From: Lytechinus pictus
Lineage: Eukaryota
Reading direction: 5' to 3'
NCBI RefSeq assembly: GCF_037042905.1
Contig: NC_087254.1
Span: 4,340,001 to 4,404,000 of the forward strand
Length of the DNA stretch: 64,000 nt
Shown here: piece after piece, positions 37,606 through 50,071 of the stretch
Layout of the letters: every line of letters starts with the position of its first letter
Position numbering within the stretch: the first letter of the stretch is position 1
Notes under the pieces: generated by a model
The model's database searches: none
Told to the model about the DNA's origin: nothing
The model's input: only the letters and a program-made list of their open reading frames with translations
Position numbers and translations under genes: made by a program

Positions 37606-37695
37606 ATTGATGATGATGGTGGTGACGATGATGATGATGGAGATGATGATGATGTTAATGATGAAGATCATAATGATGATTATGGTGACGATGAC
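37606..37695. repeat. (GAT)n imperfect microsatellite
   Basis: Direct inspection. Confidence 0.8.
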
Positions 37696-38374
37696 ACATC
37701 GAATTTCTATTATAACAACACAGGCATATCCAGAATGCACGCTTACGGTAAGCACAATATCATCTTTGCCATAGCCTTTTCTCTGAAAGAATTATATTTC
37801 TAATTATATGGGGAAAATGATGCACCCAAATTGACCAGTGCCATACCCAAAGATGGATAATTTGAAGGTTGCGAAGCATGAACATGTGACTTGCATAAAC
37901 ACTCACTATTGGCTACATCCTTGAACCCATCATAAAATTTGAATCAAGCAATTAAAGTAAAATATGTTCCAAAAATTACTGGTTACAGCTTGTTAAATTG
38001 CAAAATGTTACCATTCTGAAGATTCCATATACCTAAGGTTCGTTAATCCAAAATAAAATAAGGTTCATGAATCCGAAGGTTCAATCCTCCAAAAAAAAAA
38101 GGTATGATGATTTAAAAAAAAATTAAGTAGGGTTCATAAAGTTGAATATAAATCTCATTTTATTTCATTGGACTATCAAGCCTTCAAACCAGTAAACTTT
38201 ATTTCTTTTTTTAGAGTATTGTACCTTCAGAATAAAGACTAATTTTATTATCACGTTTTAATAATGAAACTTCAAAATAAAAAAATCCCTTATTTGGGGG
38301 ATAAACAAAACCTTTTCATTTTCAAACTAATCAACATCTTCGTATATGTGATTTCCATGTTTCAGAATAAGAAA

Positions 38375-38958
38375 CCTTCAGAGAATTTGAACCTTAGGAA
38401 CAATGATCATCCCCGACATTACCATGTAACGTTAATGTATCTGATTTCTTTTTTAGGGATTTAAAGATATGCAAAAATAACATCAGCAATTTGGTGATGA
38501 GTCAATTGTCAAATTGAAAATGAAATTAATTATCAGTTGGAAGGAATACAAGATCTTCTTGATATACAAATTCAAATTACATACATTCCAGAATTTTTAA
38601 TCTTTGGGATAATAAACTTCACATGAATCACAATGTCCTAATGATTTATTTTTAGGAAATTCAGAAACAGAAAGCTTACACCTGTAATTCAGTGACGCGT
38701 CAATTATTCAATTGAAAATGGAAATTATATTTCAGTTAAATAGGATACAAAATTTCCTAGAATACCAATTACCGTACGTATATTTCAGAATTTGAATCTT
38801 TGGAATGATGAATGTCACTCAAACTTTATATCTTAATGGTTTTTAGGGATTCCAGAAATATGCAGAACATCTCCAATGCTGTGACATATCAATTATCAAA
38901 TTGAAAATGTAAATTGTGTTTCAGCTGAATGGGATACAAAGTCTTCTTGATATACAAA
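38375..38958. repeat. ~195-bp degenerate tandem triplication overlapping the LRR gene stop codon
   Basis: Units anchored at TTTTAGG (38451, ~38650, 38841), each with CAATTRTCAAATTGAAAATG-like and GATACAA..TCTTCTTGATATACAAA-like blocks. Confidence 0.75.
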
Positions 38959-39729
38959 GACATTTATTTGTTTACAATCAGTACTGCTTGATTGATGGTG
39001 CCTAGTTTCAGCTTTCCTTTTCCTGCAAACATTCTCAAACCATTCCGGATCAGTCCTGCCTTCATCTTCCACAACAAAAACATCATCCTCTTGGACTGGG
39101 AAAGACAATCGAAGCATCTCCATTGAAGGGCAGTTACCATATTCCACAACCACATTGATCTGATCCCTAGCTCTTAAGAAATTCCGCTGGATCTCCAGAG
39201 ACCTCAAGCATTTGAATCTTGGCGCCAGAGTGGCAAGCTGTGCGGCGAAACCTTGAATTTGACCAAGGTTGCAGTGTTCTAAATCAAGCTCTACCAGGTT
39301 GTCGGCAACGTTCCGGAGGAGTCTCTCAGCTGCGTCCCAGTTGCGCCCAAAGTCATAGTTGTCCCTCAAGAGCAGATGCTGCAGACCTTGACAATGACAG
39401 GACCCAGCGAGATAAGCAATATCTTCTTTAGATAGCATGCAGCAGGTCACATCAAGGAGAATCAATGGCTGCTCCATTAGTCTCAGTATTTCTGCTAATT
39501 TCCTGGTTATACGATTCGCAGTTAAGTTGAGGTACCTCAAACGGGGAAGATGTTGCAATGTAGATGATAAATTGGTCACTACCGAGTTGTCATGATCTTT
39601 TGTCAAGTTCAAAGTATTGTACTGGAGACAGAGTACGGTAAGTGCTGGAAACTGCTGAATAAATGGCAAGATCCTTCGAAGACCCTCATTTCTAAGGCTG
39701 TTGTAGCTCAAGTTAAGCTCGGTTGTTCC
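38896..39729 (-). CDS. LRRC14/PRAME-like leucine-rich repeat protein, last exon
   Basis: Acceptor TTCGCAG|GGA; repeated LxxLxLxxN motifs (LNLSYNSL, LCLQYNTL, LRYLNLTANRI, LVELDLEHCNL); stop at 38896. Confidence 0.88.
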   Translation of the reverse strand, partial: GTTELNLSYNSLRNEGLRRILPFIQQFPALTVLCLQYNTLNLTKDHDNSVVTNLSSTLQHLPRLRYLNLTANRITRKLAEILRLMEQPLILLDVTCCMLSKEDIAYLAGSCHCQGLQHLLLRDNYDFGRNWDAAERLLRNVADNLVELDLEHCNLGQIQGFAAQLATLAPRFKCLRSLEIQRNFLRARDQINVVVEYGNCPSMEMLRLSFPVQEDDVFVVEDEGRTDPEWFENVCRKRKAETRHHQSSSTDCKQINVFVYQEDFVSHSAETQFTFSI

Positions 39730-40119
39730 CTGCGAATCATAAGAGAAAAAATAATTTAGTAAGAGTGCATGGTTAAAATGGTTAATATTGTCATTCAATA
39801 TGAGACCATGTTTGACCGCAATCATACAGGTCTGAATTCTCAAACTCCTTTGGAACTGTCAAAATGCAGTAAGCTACAGCATGTCTCATGCGTGCTAGAA
39901 CCTTTTCAAAGGTACTTCTTAAATGTAATTCTTACTAATACCTTCAATGATGTAAATTATTTGTATACTAATATCATCATATGTCTGAAACTCTCATACC
40001 CCTTTGATGGAGACGTTGGACAGTATCTCCTCAGAAAAATACCTTTTAACTGATAATTTTCATTATTATCTACATACAGAGCCTTCTCACAGTATATCAA
40101 AAACTCATATTTTGATTGG

Positions 40120-40690
40120 CATGATTTGCCCATGCAATATTTGTATAATATTGACAGGCTTTGAAGGGAACATCAAATATATTGCCCACAAAATAATCAT
40201 ATTGGCCCAAGTCTTTAGAATAGGGCAACACGGTTCTTTGAGGGCAATATATTTGACGTTCCCCAAAGGAAGAGCCAGTCAATATTTTTATCATCCAAAT
40301 CAGACATCTATAGCAAAAATCATGAAAATTGAGATATTTCTTCCAAGAATGTGGTTCTACTGTGTCATGTTTATACCAGGGGCCAGGCTCTGCACTTAAC
40401 CATTATGACATACTTATATAATATTGACTGGTCTTGAGGGGAACATCACATATATTGCCAGCAAAAGAATCATATTGGCCCGAGTCTTTAGACGAGGGCA
40501 ATATGGGTCTTTTAAGGGCAATATGTTTGATGTTCCCCGAAAGAAGGGCAGTCAATATTTTTATTATCATCCAAATCAGATATCTAGAGCAAAAATCATG
40601 ATAACGGTGATATCTTTTAAGAATAGAGTTATGTTGTGTCATGATAATATCACTTATCAGTGTCTATATAGGCTCTGCACTTTACCATTA
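40120..40690. repeat. Tandem duplicate (~290 bp) of a palindromic element
   Basis: Two units, each GGGAACATCAMATATATTGCC...GGGCAATAT.TTTGA.GTTCCCC, ending AGGCTCTGCACTT.ACCATTATGAC. Confidence 0.75.
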
Positions 40691-40705
40691 TGACGTACTT
40701 GCAAG

Positions 40706-41305
40706 CGCCCAGATCCAGCGTTGTCTTTATTATGACGTAGATCGTTGGTGCGCGGAACATTATGAAGCGTATCACTTCATTCGCATCCTCATGCAAAGGC
40801 CCGGATGTGAGATCTAGACCAGGGAAAATACAAAGGTATATTTTGCGTCGTCTCTGCATGCAAAGTCAATACGTGCATTGAGACCGAGGAAAATACAAAC
40901 AATATACCTATCCCTTCCTGATAATAATAAAATACAGGGAAATACGGTTTTGTAAATGACCAGCTCAGATGTCTGATACGGGTGATAATTGTAATTATAA
41001 GATCGTATCATTAGGGACGCAAATCCAGCACCCGGATCCAGTGTTGTCTTTATTATGAAGTATATTGTTGCTGCGCGGATCATTATGAAGCGTATCTCTT
41101 TCTACGCATCCTCAAATGCCAGGATGTAGGACCAGGGAATATACAAAGGTATATTTTGCATTGTCTCTGCATGCAAAGTCAATACGTGCACAGAGACCGA
41201 GCAAAATACACACAATATACCTATCCCTTCCTACGTATTCAGAAAATGTAGGGCAATACGGTTTTGTAAATTACCAGCTCAGATGTCTGATACGGGTGAT
41301 AATAG
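40706..41305. repeat. Tandem duplicate (~320 bp)
   Basis: 40706-41000 matches 41029-41305 (GATCCAG.GTTGTCTTTATTATGA...CAGCTCAGATGTCTGATACGGGTGATAAT). Confidence 0.8.
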
Positions 41306-41336
41306 AGCATATTGCAAATTGTACTAAAATCTAATG

Positions 41337-41756
41337 CAGACCTGCCAACCTCTGGGAATGAAAAACTGTATTCTGTGATACAAAAAACTGTATTTTCCCC
41401 CAAAAAAGTGTATTTCATAATAAAATGCTGGGCGCACTCGCCCATCACGGCGCTCAACCTGCATGCAAGCTAAAATGCGCACTGCTCTTGCAGATGAAAA
41501 AAAAAACCATTGAAACTTGTGTATATCTCACCCTGGTTTTACAAAATGATTGAAAAAAAAAACAAGTTACCTGAAATTACATTGATCTAATAACCATATT
41601 TGTGTACGTTTTATGAAATAGAGACATATAGAGATGATTTTTTTTTTTTTTTTTTTTTAATACAAAAAACGTATTTTTAAAAGAAAAAACGTACTGCCGT
41701 ATTTTAGTTGCAAAAACGTACTAAATACGGCTAAAACGTACTGGCTGGCAGGTCTG
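41337..41756. mobile_element. TIR MITE with 6-bp TSD
   Basis: TIR CAGACCTGCCAACC / GGCTGGCAGGTCTG; TSD CTAATG on both sides. Confidence 0.8.
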
Positions 41757-42303
41757 CTAATGTGCTCCCATGCTTAGGCTTATGTAGAAAAGTTGCTGTG
41801 CACTGGCTCAAATGAATAGTGATAATTGTAAAAAATTATTATATTTCATGGCTTTTCTCCACTCATTATATATATGAAAATGTCCATTCAATAGGCCCAA
41901 GATTGTTCTCATGATCCTCAATCTGTGCAATATTCCTTAACTCATGGAATACTTCTGGGGCCAGTCTTAGAAAGAGTTGCAATTGATCCGATCAATAGCA
42001 ACTATGGAAAGCCAGCAAAGTCAACATATGAAATGCATGTTTGTTCACAAAAATTTCTAGACATGAATGTATATCCATAAATTCATTGATTTCTTGGCAA
42101 TATGGTGTGTTCTCCTTTGTTTACAAGAAGGACATTTTGCAAATTTCCTGCAGAAAAATTATGACACTGATGGATTTCCATAGAGTTACGATTGATTGGA
42201 TCAATCGTAACTCTTTGTAAGACGGGGCCCGGTATCCCATTCTGATTCTTCTAACAAAGTTGAACTACCCGCTATCCAAAATTATTCATGTCCATAGGCT
42301 CAC

Positions 42304-42482
42304 CTCTTTGTCAACAAAAGTCAAGACTCTCTCAACCAGTTCTGTCCCACATTGGTCTACCCAGAGTCTCTTGTTACGAACACGTATATTGACAGCCTTG
42401 AGTTGGCTCCTCTTCTTGAAGAAGGCCTTGATTCCTTGACCGGTTACCCTCGAGCTCATCAGAATCCTGAGTTCTTTGTGCT
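42304..42482 (-). CDS. LRRC14/PRAME-like, coding exon 4
   Basis: TGCAG|AG...EHKELRILMSS...VLTFVDKE|GTGAGC; phase 1 to 0 fits both neighbours. Confidence 0.8.
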
Positions 42483-43101
42483 CTGCATTATGTAACGATT
42501 TGAAACACAGCCATATAAAGACATAAATCAATACCTTACATGAAACATAAACAGTACCGAAATCAAAAGCAAACGCTTCATTAACATTTGGTGCAATCGT
42601 CGTTTGATGGATAAGTACAATTTTTTTAGTGGCATCACAAAGGGCCACAGGCTAAGATATTTGCGTTTACATCATTTCATCATGATTTCATGAGTTGGGG
42701 GTTATTAAGGGCCTGTACAGAGGCTGTTCCGAGATCGTAAAATGACCTTGTGCTGATCGTATGATAACCCAGTGCAAATTGTGTAGGATGTCATTACAAT
42801 GTACCATGCCCATGTGCTGATTGTACGATGGTCGTATATTGTGTGATGTTCCTGCACCGATCATACAATGAAATGTGCTATAAATCACATGATGCTCATA
42901 CTATGACAAAAAAGACCCCTACTTAACAAAGGAATGTGCAAAATGCCTTTGTTCCAGAAATGCATCCGATCTTCTCTTTCACAAATCAATTTTGATGACT
43001 GATCTTGTTCTTCTTTATGAGCAGATGAATACAGTTCAAGTAAAAGTTCAGGACTTTTTCACAAGAAGAAAAATTACGAGGGAGAAATTTTAGTAGGTTA
43101 C

Positions 43102-43206
43102 CTCTTGAAAATGCTCTCCTGTGTTGCTTCTCACATTTTGATTCCTGTGTTTCAGCTTGTCTCCCCTTGAGCAAGGTATTCAAGAACAAATCATTGGTTC
43201 TGTCAC
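43102..43206 (-). CDS. LRRC14/PRAME-like, coding exon 3
   Basis: TTTCTGTAG|GT...SDRTNDLFLNTLLKG...AFSR G|GTAACC; phase 1 to 1. Confidence 0.75.
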
Positions 43207-44029
43207 CTACAGAAAGACAGGGAGAGAGAGAGGGGTGAAAAGAACATTAAAGAGAGAAAAGGTCAGATGGGGGTATAATATACAAATAATGAACATAAGC
43301 GCGTGCATGCAGGGCCAAATAATGAACCATGTGCGAGAAGAGCCAATGGATATACCGCACGAAGGTCCGAAGGACCAAGTGCGGTATATCTATTTGGCGA
43401 GTCGAGCAGAGTTCATTATTTAGGTCCTCTATGCACAAGAATGTGTGCATTGTTTGTTTTATACACCTGCCCCTCCCCCTTGTTACCGAGTTGCCCGAAA
43501 TGCTATATTTGATCTAAATTCTAGATAATTCTAGATAATTCCAGACCTCGCACTATCCTGCATTCTGACGTCAGAGTGCAGGACAGTACATTTGGTATGA
43601 CGTCAGAGTGCAAGTACAATTCGCTAAATATCATGTGATCCGATTTGGACCAATCAGATTACAGAACATTCGTGGGAGTCGTATAATCAGAAGTAAATGT
43701 GAATAGAAATGAGTGAAGATGAATAATATAAATTTATTATATTTATTATCAATTCGGCAATCATATTTCATACATTAATGATACCGCTATAAAAACAGAA
43801 CCGAGGATGGGTACATGAAGCTTTAATAGCTGCCTGGGTCTGGGAAAAGCTAACTTGTTAACTGTGACCCGAAAGCCTCCCCTCCTCGACCAAGCTACAA
43901 GAACCCAGGGCCAGAATGCATTAATAAAATTTATAGAACATTAATATAGGAAAAGATATATAAATACGGTACACAACATCAAAATGAATAAAGAAAATTT
44001 GCAGTATATTACTGTATAAGACTATATAT

Positions 44030-44810
44030 GAAAAGATTAGTTGCAAAAGGGGTTAGGTCCACTTTTGACCATTCCAAGAAAAACCATGTTTTTTATTCTC
44101 ACTTATTGCAATATTCTTATGAGAAACTAAATTGTCATGATGTGCTATCCCGTCATGTGAACATAAAATTGGGTATAAAAGAATCTTCATTTTTTTCCAT
44201 ATATTTAAAAAAAATTACCATTGTGGACCTAACCCCTGTTCCAAGGTAACTGAAATGAATTAAATCTCTTTTGATTAAAAAAGTGATATTTCTTTGCCAC
44301 ATTTATTCACGTTTTCATTTGAATTTCAATTTTTATTTGGTATCATCAGAGTGAGTAAAAATTTAGAGGTTTAGAGACAGAAAACAATAAAATTTATAAA
44401 AAATGGACCTAACCTCTTTTGACAAATGAGTTTTTCAGAAGAGATTTGATGCAAAAGGAGTGAGGTCCACTCCAAGAAAACCTTTTTTTTTTATTCTCCC
44501 ATATTGCAATATTCTTATGCGAAACTGAATTTTCATGTTACCCTACCATGAGAACATAAAATTGGGTATAAAAGAAATCTACCTGTCTTCATATTTTTTA
44601 AGATATTCTTTTCCAAAAAAATTATGTGTGGACCTAACCCCTTTTGAAAAAAAAGGGTGATATTTCTTGGCCATTTTAGTTCACTTTTTAATAGGAATTT
44701 CAACTTTTCTTTGGTATCATCTTATAGAGCTACTATAAATCTATACATTGAGACATAAAAATCACATTTGATGAAAAATGGACCTAACCCCTTTTGCAAG
44801 TGAGCTCTTC
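44030..44810. mobile_element. Tandem dimer of a ~400-bp TIR element
   Basis: Each unit begins TGCAAAAGG.GT.AGGTCCAC and ends GGACCTAACC.CTTTTG. Confidence 0.65.
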
Positions 44811-45646
44811 ATATTAAGAAACAGAAATGGTGATGAAATACAGATTCCATGAAAGGGTTCAAGGAATAAGGAGAAATAAATTTCTACCATGTGTAACAAA
44901 TACCTATTGAATGCATTAAATTTATTTGTTCTGATGGAATATCATCACAATGCCCCATAAATGAAGTTTCTCACTTGTTCAAGCCTGACGGAATCAATCA
45001 TATATAGGGTACCATTTGTGTTACACACAAAATCTGGGATCAGCTACTGCTTTTATCTATTGGGTCATCCCACCAGGGGGCCGTTTCATAAAGCTGTTCG
45101 TAAGTTAAGAGCGACATTAAGAACGACTGGTGATCCTTTCTTACGCGCTAAACCATCGCCTAAGGTGTATACCATTTACCAAAAGAAAGGATCACCAGTC
45201 GTTCTTAAAGTCGTTCTTAAAGTCGTTCTTATCTTACGAACAGCTTTATGAAACACCCACCAGGTTGGGGCCAAACAGAGGAGGATCCAGGATTTTATAC
45301 ATTTGACAAGCAAAAAAAAAAAGGGGGTAGGGGGGTCACACTTCTGTTTTAACAGCATTTATACATTACAAAGGGGGGGGGGGGCACGGCATGGGCCGGC
45401 TGTGCCCCCCCCCCTGGATCCGCCAGTGGGGCTAAACCTTACGAGATGTCAACTAAACACAGGGGTGGACCAATGTTTCATTTCACAATGAAGATCAATT
45501 TATTACATATGGCTAGTGTTATGGTGCTGTTGGATCTTGCTCAAACTATACTTTCAACCAGTGTAAATGAAGTTGATGTATCATTTACATGCCCATGGTG
45601 GTCACTCATACACAAATCCTATGAGAATCTGTGCTTTAAAACTTAC

Positions 45647-45768
45647 TAATGTTGAGAGAGGTGAGGTCAATATCTTTGATTCTGCAATCTTTCTGCTCCG
45701 ATATGGCGATAGCAGCAGCTAGAGCTGGATGATCATGCTGTTCATCGGCTTGTTGGATACTGAGAATA
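45647..45768 (-). CDS. LRRC14/PRAME-like, coding exon 2
   Basis: CTTGCAG|T...ILSIQQADEQHDHPALAAAIAISEQKDCRIKDIDLTSLNI A|GTAAGT; phase 2 to 1. Not in the ORF track. Confidence 0.8.
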
Positions 45769-47154
45769 CTGCAAGCAAAAAATTATTTCATTTTTATTTA
45801 CGAGGGGCTACTTTTCACAACTTATATGTACTGCCTAAATCTGCAGCATTGGGTAAGCTTTAAAACTTCAATGAATGGGGATTTTCCAGGGTTGCTTTTG
45901 AGCATTTCGAGGGCAAAATCGCCCCAGGTCCCCGCGTAATTTTTCCCCCTGGGGCCTGTTGCATAAAACTTTTTACCTGAGAAAACTCTGGTAAAAACTG
46001 AAAACTAAGGTTAGTCTGATTTCTGCCATTGACTTTAACACAGGGCAAAAACTCTGGTAAAAACAACCTGAGTTTTCTCAGGTTAAAAGTTTTATGCAAC
46101 GGGCCCCTGGTATACTGATTCAAAGTAATACTAATAAGACAGAATATACAGGAACATGAAAGTTTCTAACTTTCTGTAAAATATTTCATTCAATGAAATG
46201 GCTCAGGGGCTCAATTAACACACTGGATCTGTCTGCATCTTATTGGCAATACTGATGTTTTTTATTTGACTCTAAAAGGCAAATAACTGGATAATATGAA
46301 TGTGTGCATCTAAATGGGAATTCATGTCCATATAAATTTGGTTTTGGTGAGTGATAAAAAACATTATTTTGTTTTGCTTTGTAATAAAAACAGAAAACCA
46401 AGATTTGTTCAATATTTACCAAAGAATAACAGAGTTATGAATTCTTCAATCTTTCAGTTTTGTGAAAACAGTACCACCATTCCATAAATGATAATTCAAA
46501 AATAATAATATAATTTTACACATGCATAGCATTTAATAAATAACTCACTGATACTATTTCATATTACACTTTCAAGGAAATATTAACAAAAAGCAATTAT
46601 ATAGGACCTATGGGGAGCAGCTCCCCTTGTGAAATCAGCAACTGAAAATTTTGAAAAATAATCTGTGTTCTGAAATTTTGTCACTTTCATTGAGGTACAG
46701 TGTACCTTGTCAAAAGTCAGAACTTTGGCACAGGAATCCCGCAAGCAGCTTTCCATTACCATCCCTCATATTTGATCATAGACAAAACAATGGAGAGTGC
46801 AGGAAATAGACTTTTGACAAGGTACTTCCCCTTTTTCTGTTCTACAAAAACCAACCTGTAAGGGTGACTTTCCCTTTTAGAATGTGCCCAAAATGATAAT
46901 TATTGGAAACACTCTCTGGTTTTAGGGGGTGACTGCCCCCCCCCCCCCATGATTTGCAAGCGGGCTTCATGCAGTGAAAAATAGAAAAAGAGGAAGAAGA
47001 AAAAAGAAAAGCAGGTCTATTATAACAAAATATCTGGGTCATGTACAGTAACTCTACATATTACCCCCCCTCCCTGTTGTCTAATTGCCAAAAAATAAAA
47101 CCCATCAAATAAACAAAAAATGAATAAATATAGCATCACCTAAAGACCACTTAC

Positions 47155-47444
47155 TCAGAATAATTATGAAGGGCTGGAAAGTTGAGTGATGCAAATGGCC
47201 AGGAACCAATGATGGCCTTCGTAGAAACGAACAGACCCCTCCGTAAACTTGCAGCCAATAATACAGGATACAAATGACGCGGAATGACCTTGAGAGCATA
47301 CAAGGTCAGGTTCAGGTTCCCAGTCACTACCAGAGAAGAAGCATCGACGAGGGAAAGAGTGCGGGTAGTTCCTCTTACTATCTCATCTTTCAGCATGGAT
47401 TCTTTTTCAGCAAGTGAGCGGGCTTTGAACAGGCAATGTGCCAT
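47155..47444 (-). CDS. LRRC14/PRAME-like, coding exon 1 (BC-box/Cul2-box region; spliced product ~509 aa)
   Basis: Acceptor TTTGTAG|GTG ATG; SLVDASSLVV, ALKVIPRHLYPVLLAASL and WPFASL resemble the PRAME/LRRC14 N-terminus; donor GA|GTAAGT. Confidence 0.8.
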
Positions 47445-47676
47445 CACCTACAAAATTATGAAAAGTATAGACCCAAACAATCACAAAAATTTGATTTAAT
47501 TCTTACCTTAACCCTTTTTAACATAATTTACTTTGCACCAATTAATGCACAATCGATACTACGTGAACTTTGCATTTCATGCTCAAACAATCTATTGTTT
47601 CCCTCCCTGAAAATAATTCAGCACAGAAGAGTTCATGGCCCAAAGCATAAAAAGTTAGGCCTAAACATAAAGCCTT

Positions 47677-48100
47677 AAGGCCACCGCACACCTTACGACT
47701 GTTCGCGATCCGATTTTGGAACTACCGGTAATCTCAATTTGCTCATTTTCTGAAAATGTGAATGGAACATATCATTTTATTTGAGGTTAAAATTAAATGA
47801 AAGAATACTAATATAACCATTTTGAAAGATTACAAGCCTTTATTTTGGAGTAAAGGCCAAATTAGTTTCAAATCATAGCCAATCGTACGACTGCTATGAC
47901 GTCATTACGACTAGATATTAAATTCGCTTTTATTCTAAGAAGGATGATAGCATAGTCACAGATTTGAACATAGGTATTCGTACGATGATTTAGAACATTA
48001 CACAGTAAGATATTCCAAGTCTCAATATTAGCATCAAATTCTACTACATTTTATTCTGCAATCAGGTCGCAGACCAATCGTAAGGTTTGCGGTCGCCTTT
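47677..48100. mobile_element. TIR MITE
   Basis: AAGGCCACCGCACACCTTACGA / TCGTAAGGTTTGCGGTCGCCTT, flanked by TTAA-like sites. Confidence 0.6.
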
Positions 48101-48502
48101 AGATCTACCTCCTAATCCTATGTACAAAACTCGAAAGTTTTCTTTCCCCCCTTAATTTTGTTTGTTTTTACCATGACACTCAAAATTCACTAGATTTATG
48201 CCAGTCACTGAACAGTCATAGAACAACATGCCCATTTTAATTCAGAAGATAGAATAAGAAATGAATAACCTGCTCCAAATTATAATGTAAAAGATGAATA
48301 ACGTTAGAAAACGATTGCCTTTCACCTCGAAAATAAAAAAAAGAAAAAAGATTTGCCATTTATGATGGTAAATAATGAACAAATCTTGCCATAATAATGA
48401 ACATTAGACGTGGGGCATCAACAGTCCTGAAGATAAGACAATGCCTTTCCAAAATTTCCCTATTCAGAGATCTGCTGGGTCCAGACTAACTTTAGTTACT
48501 AT

Positions 48503-49786
48503 GGCCCGTATTCTGAAGTCGGGTTTAACTTAAACTCGGGTTTAAAGTTGTGGTTTAAGTATGGGAGGCCAAAAGTATCATTTTTTTTAATAAGTTGTAC
48601 GTTTCTTATGTTTACTGTGCTCTTCCTTGATTCATCGATGGTGAAGACAATAATCTATACTTCGATCCTAGACAATTATGAATGATTTGAGAGCCAAGTG
48701 AGCTGAAATATGATATCTCTACCGTATAGTGATTATGTAACAATTGGCTAACTTTAAACCTGAGTTTTAGTTAAACCTGATTTCAGAATACGGGCCTTTA
48801 AGTTTAGTAGACCAAAAGTATCAATTTTTTTTTAAGTTGTACGTTTCTTATGTTTTCTGTGCTCTTTCCTGATTCATCGATGGTGAAGACAATAATCTAT
48901 ATATACATGTACTTCCTAGACAATTATGAATGATTTGAGAGCCAAGTGAGCTGAAATATGATATCTCTACCGTATAGTGATTATGTAACAATTGGCTAAC
49001 TTTAAACCCGAGTTTAAGTTAAACCTGATTTCAGAATACGGGCCTTTAAGTTTAGTAGACCAAAAGTATCAATTTTTTTTTAAGTTGTACGTTTCTTATG
49101 TTTACTGTGCTCTTTCCTGATTCATCGATGGTGAAGACAATAATCTATATATACTTCCTAGACAATTATGAATGATTTGAGAGCCAAGTGAGCTGAAATA
49201 TGATATCTCTACCGTATAGTGATTATGTAACAATTGGCTAACTTTAAACCTGAGTTTAAGTTAAACCTGACTTCAGAATACGGGCCTTTAAGTTTAGTAG
49301 ACCAAAATATAATTTTTTTTTTAAGTTGTACGTTTCTTATGTTTACTGTGCTCTTTCCTGATTCATCGATGATGAAGACAATAATCTATATATACTTCCT
49401 AGACAATTATGAATGATTTGAGAGCCAAGTGAGCTGAAATATGATATCTCTACCGTATAGTGATTATGTAACAATTGGCTAACTTTAAACCTGACTTTTA
49501 GTTAAACCTGATTTCAGAATACAGGCCTTTAAGTTTAGTAGACCAAAAGTATCAATTTTTTTTTAAGTTGTACGTTTCTTATGTTTTCTGCGCTCTTTCC
49601 TGATTCATCGATGGTGAAGACAATAATCTATGTATACTTCCTAGACAATTATGAATGATTTGAGAGCCAAGTGAGCTGAAATATGATATCTCTACCGTAT
49701 AGTGATTATGTAACAATTGGCTAACTTTAAACCTGAGTTTAAGTTAAACCCGACTTCAGAATACGGGCCTTTAAGTTTAGTAGACC
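48503..49786. repeat. MITE-derived tandem array, 5 units of ~242 bp
   Basis: One MITE with both TIR ends (48503-48796) followed by four units ending at 49044, 49286, 49527 and 49769, each carrying the same 17-bp flank. Confidence 0.92.
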
Positions 49787-50071
49787 TATAAATAGGTCTA
49801 TTTCTGTCAGGGATATGCTGGGGGGGGGGGGGTGTTCTGCTGAGACTTGCTTTGGCTGAGGCTGAGTAAGAGATCCTGCAGGTATTTAACTCTTCTTCCA
49901 GAGTAGATTTTACATGAGAATGAGAAAACCATTGAATTGTCTCAGTGATTTAGTTGATGCACCCAGTGTCTATACACCTTCGAGAATGGACTGGACGTGG
50001 ACAAGTATTGGAGATGTGAACCAGTGAAGTTCCAGTTTGATGCTGACCCACCAGGACGTGATCCGGCCAAC

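Noticed and set aside
49900-50071. Coding-looking stretch (YTFENGLDVDKYWRCEPVKF...)
   Set aside because: Short, no convincing splice sites or recognisable homology, and cut by a Kolobok-like insertion.
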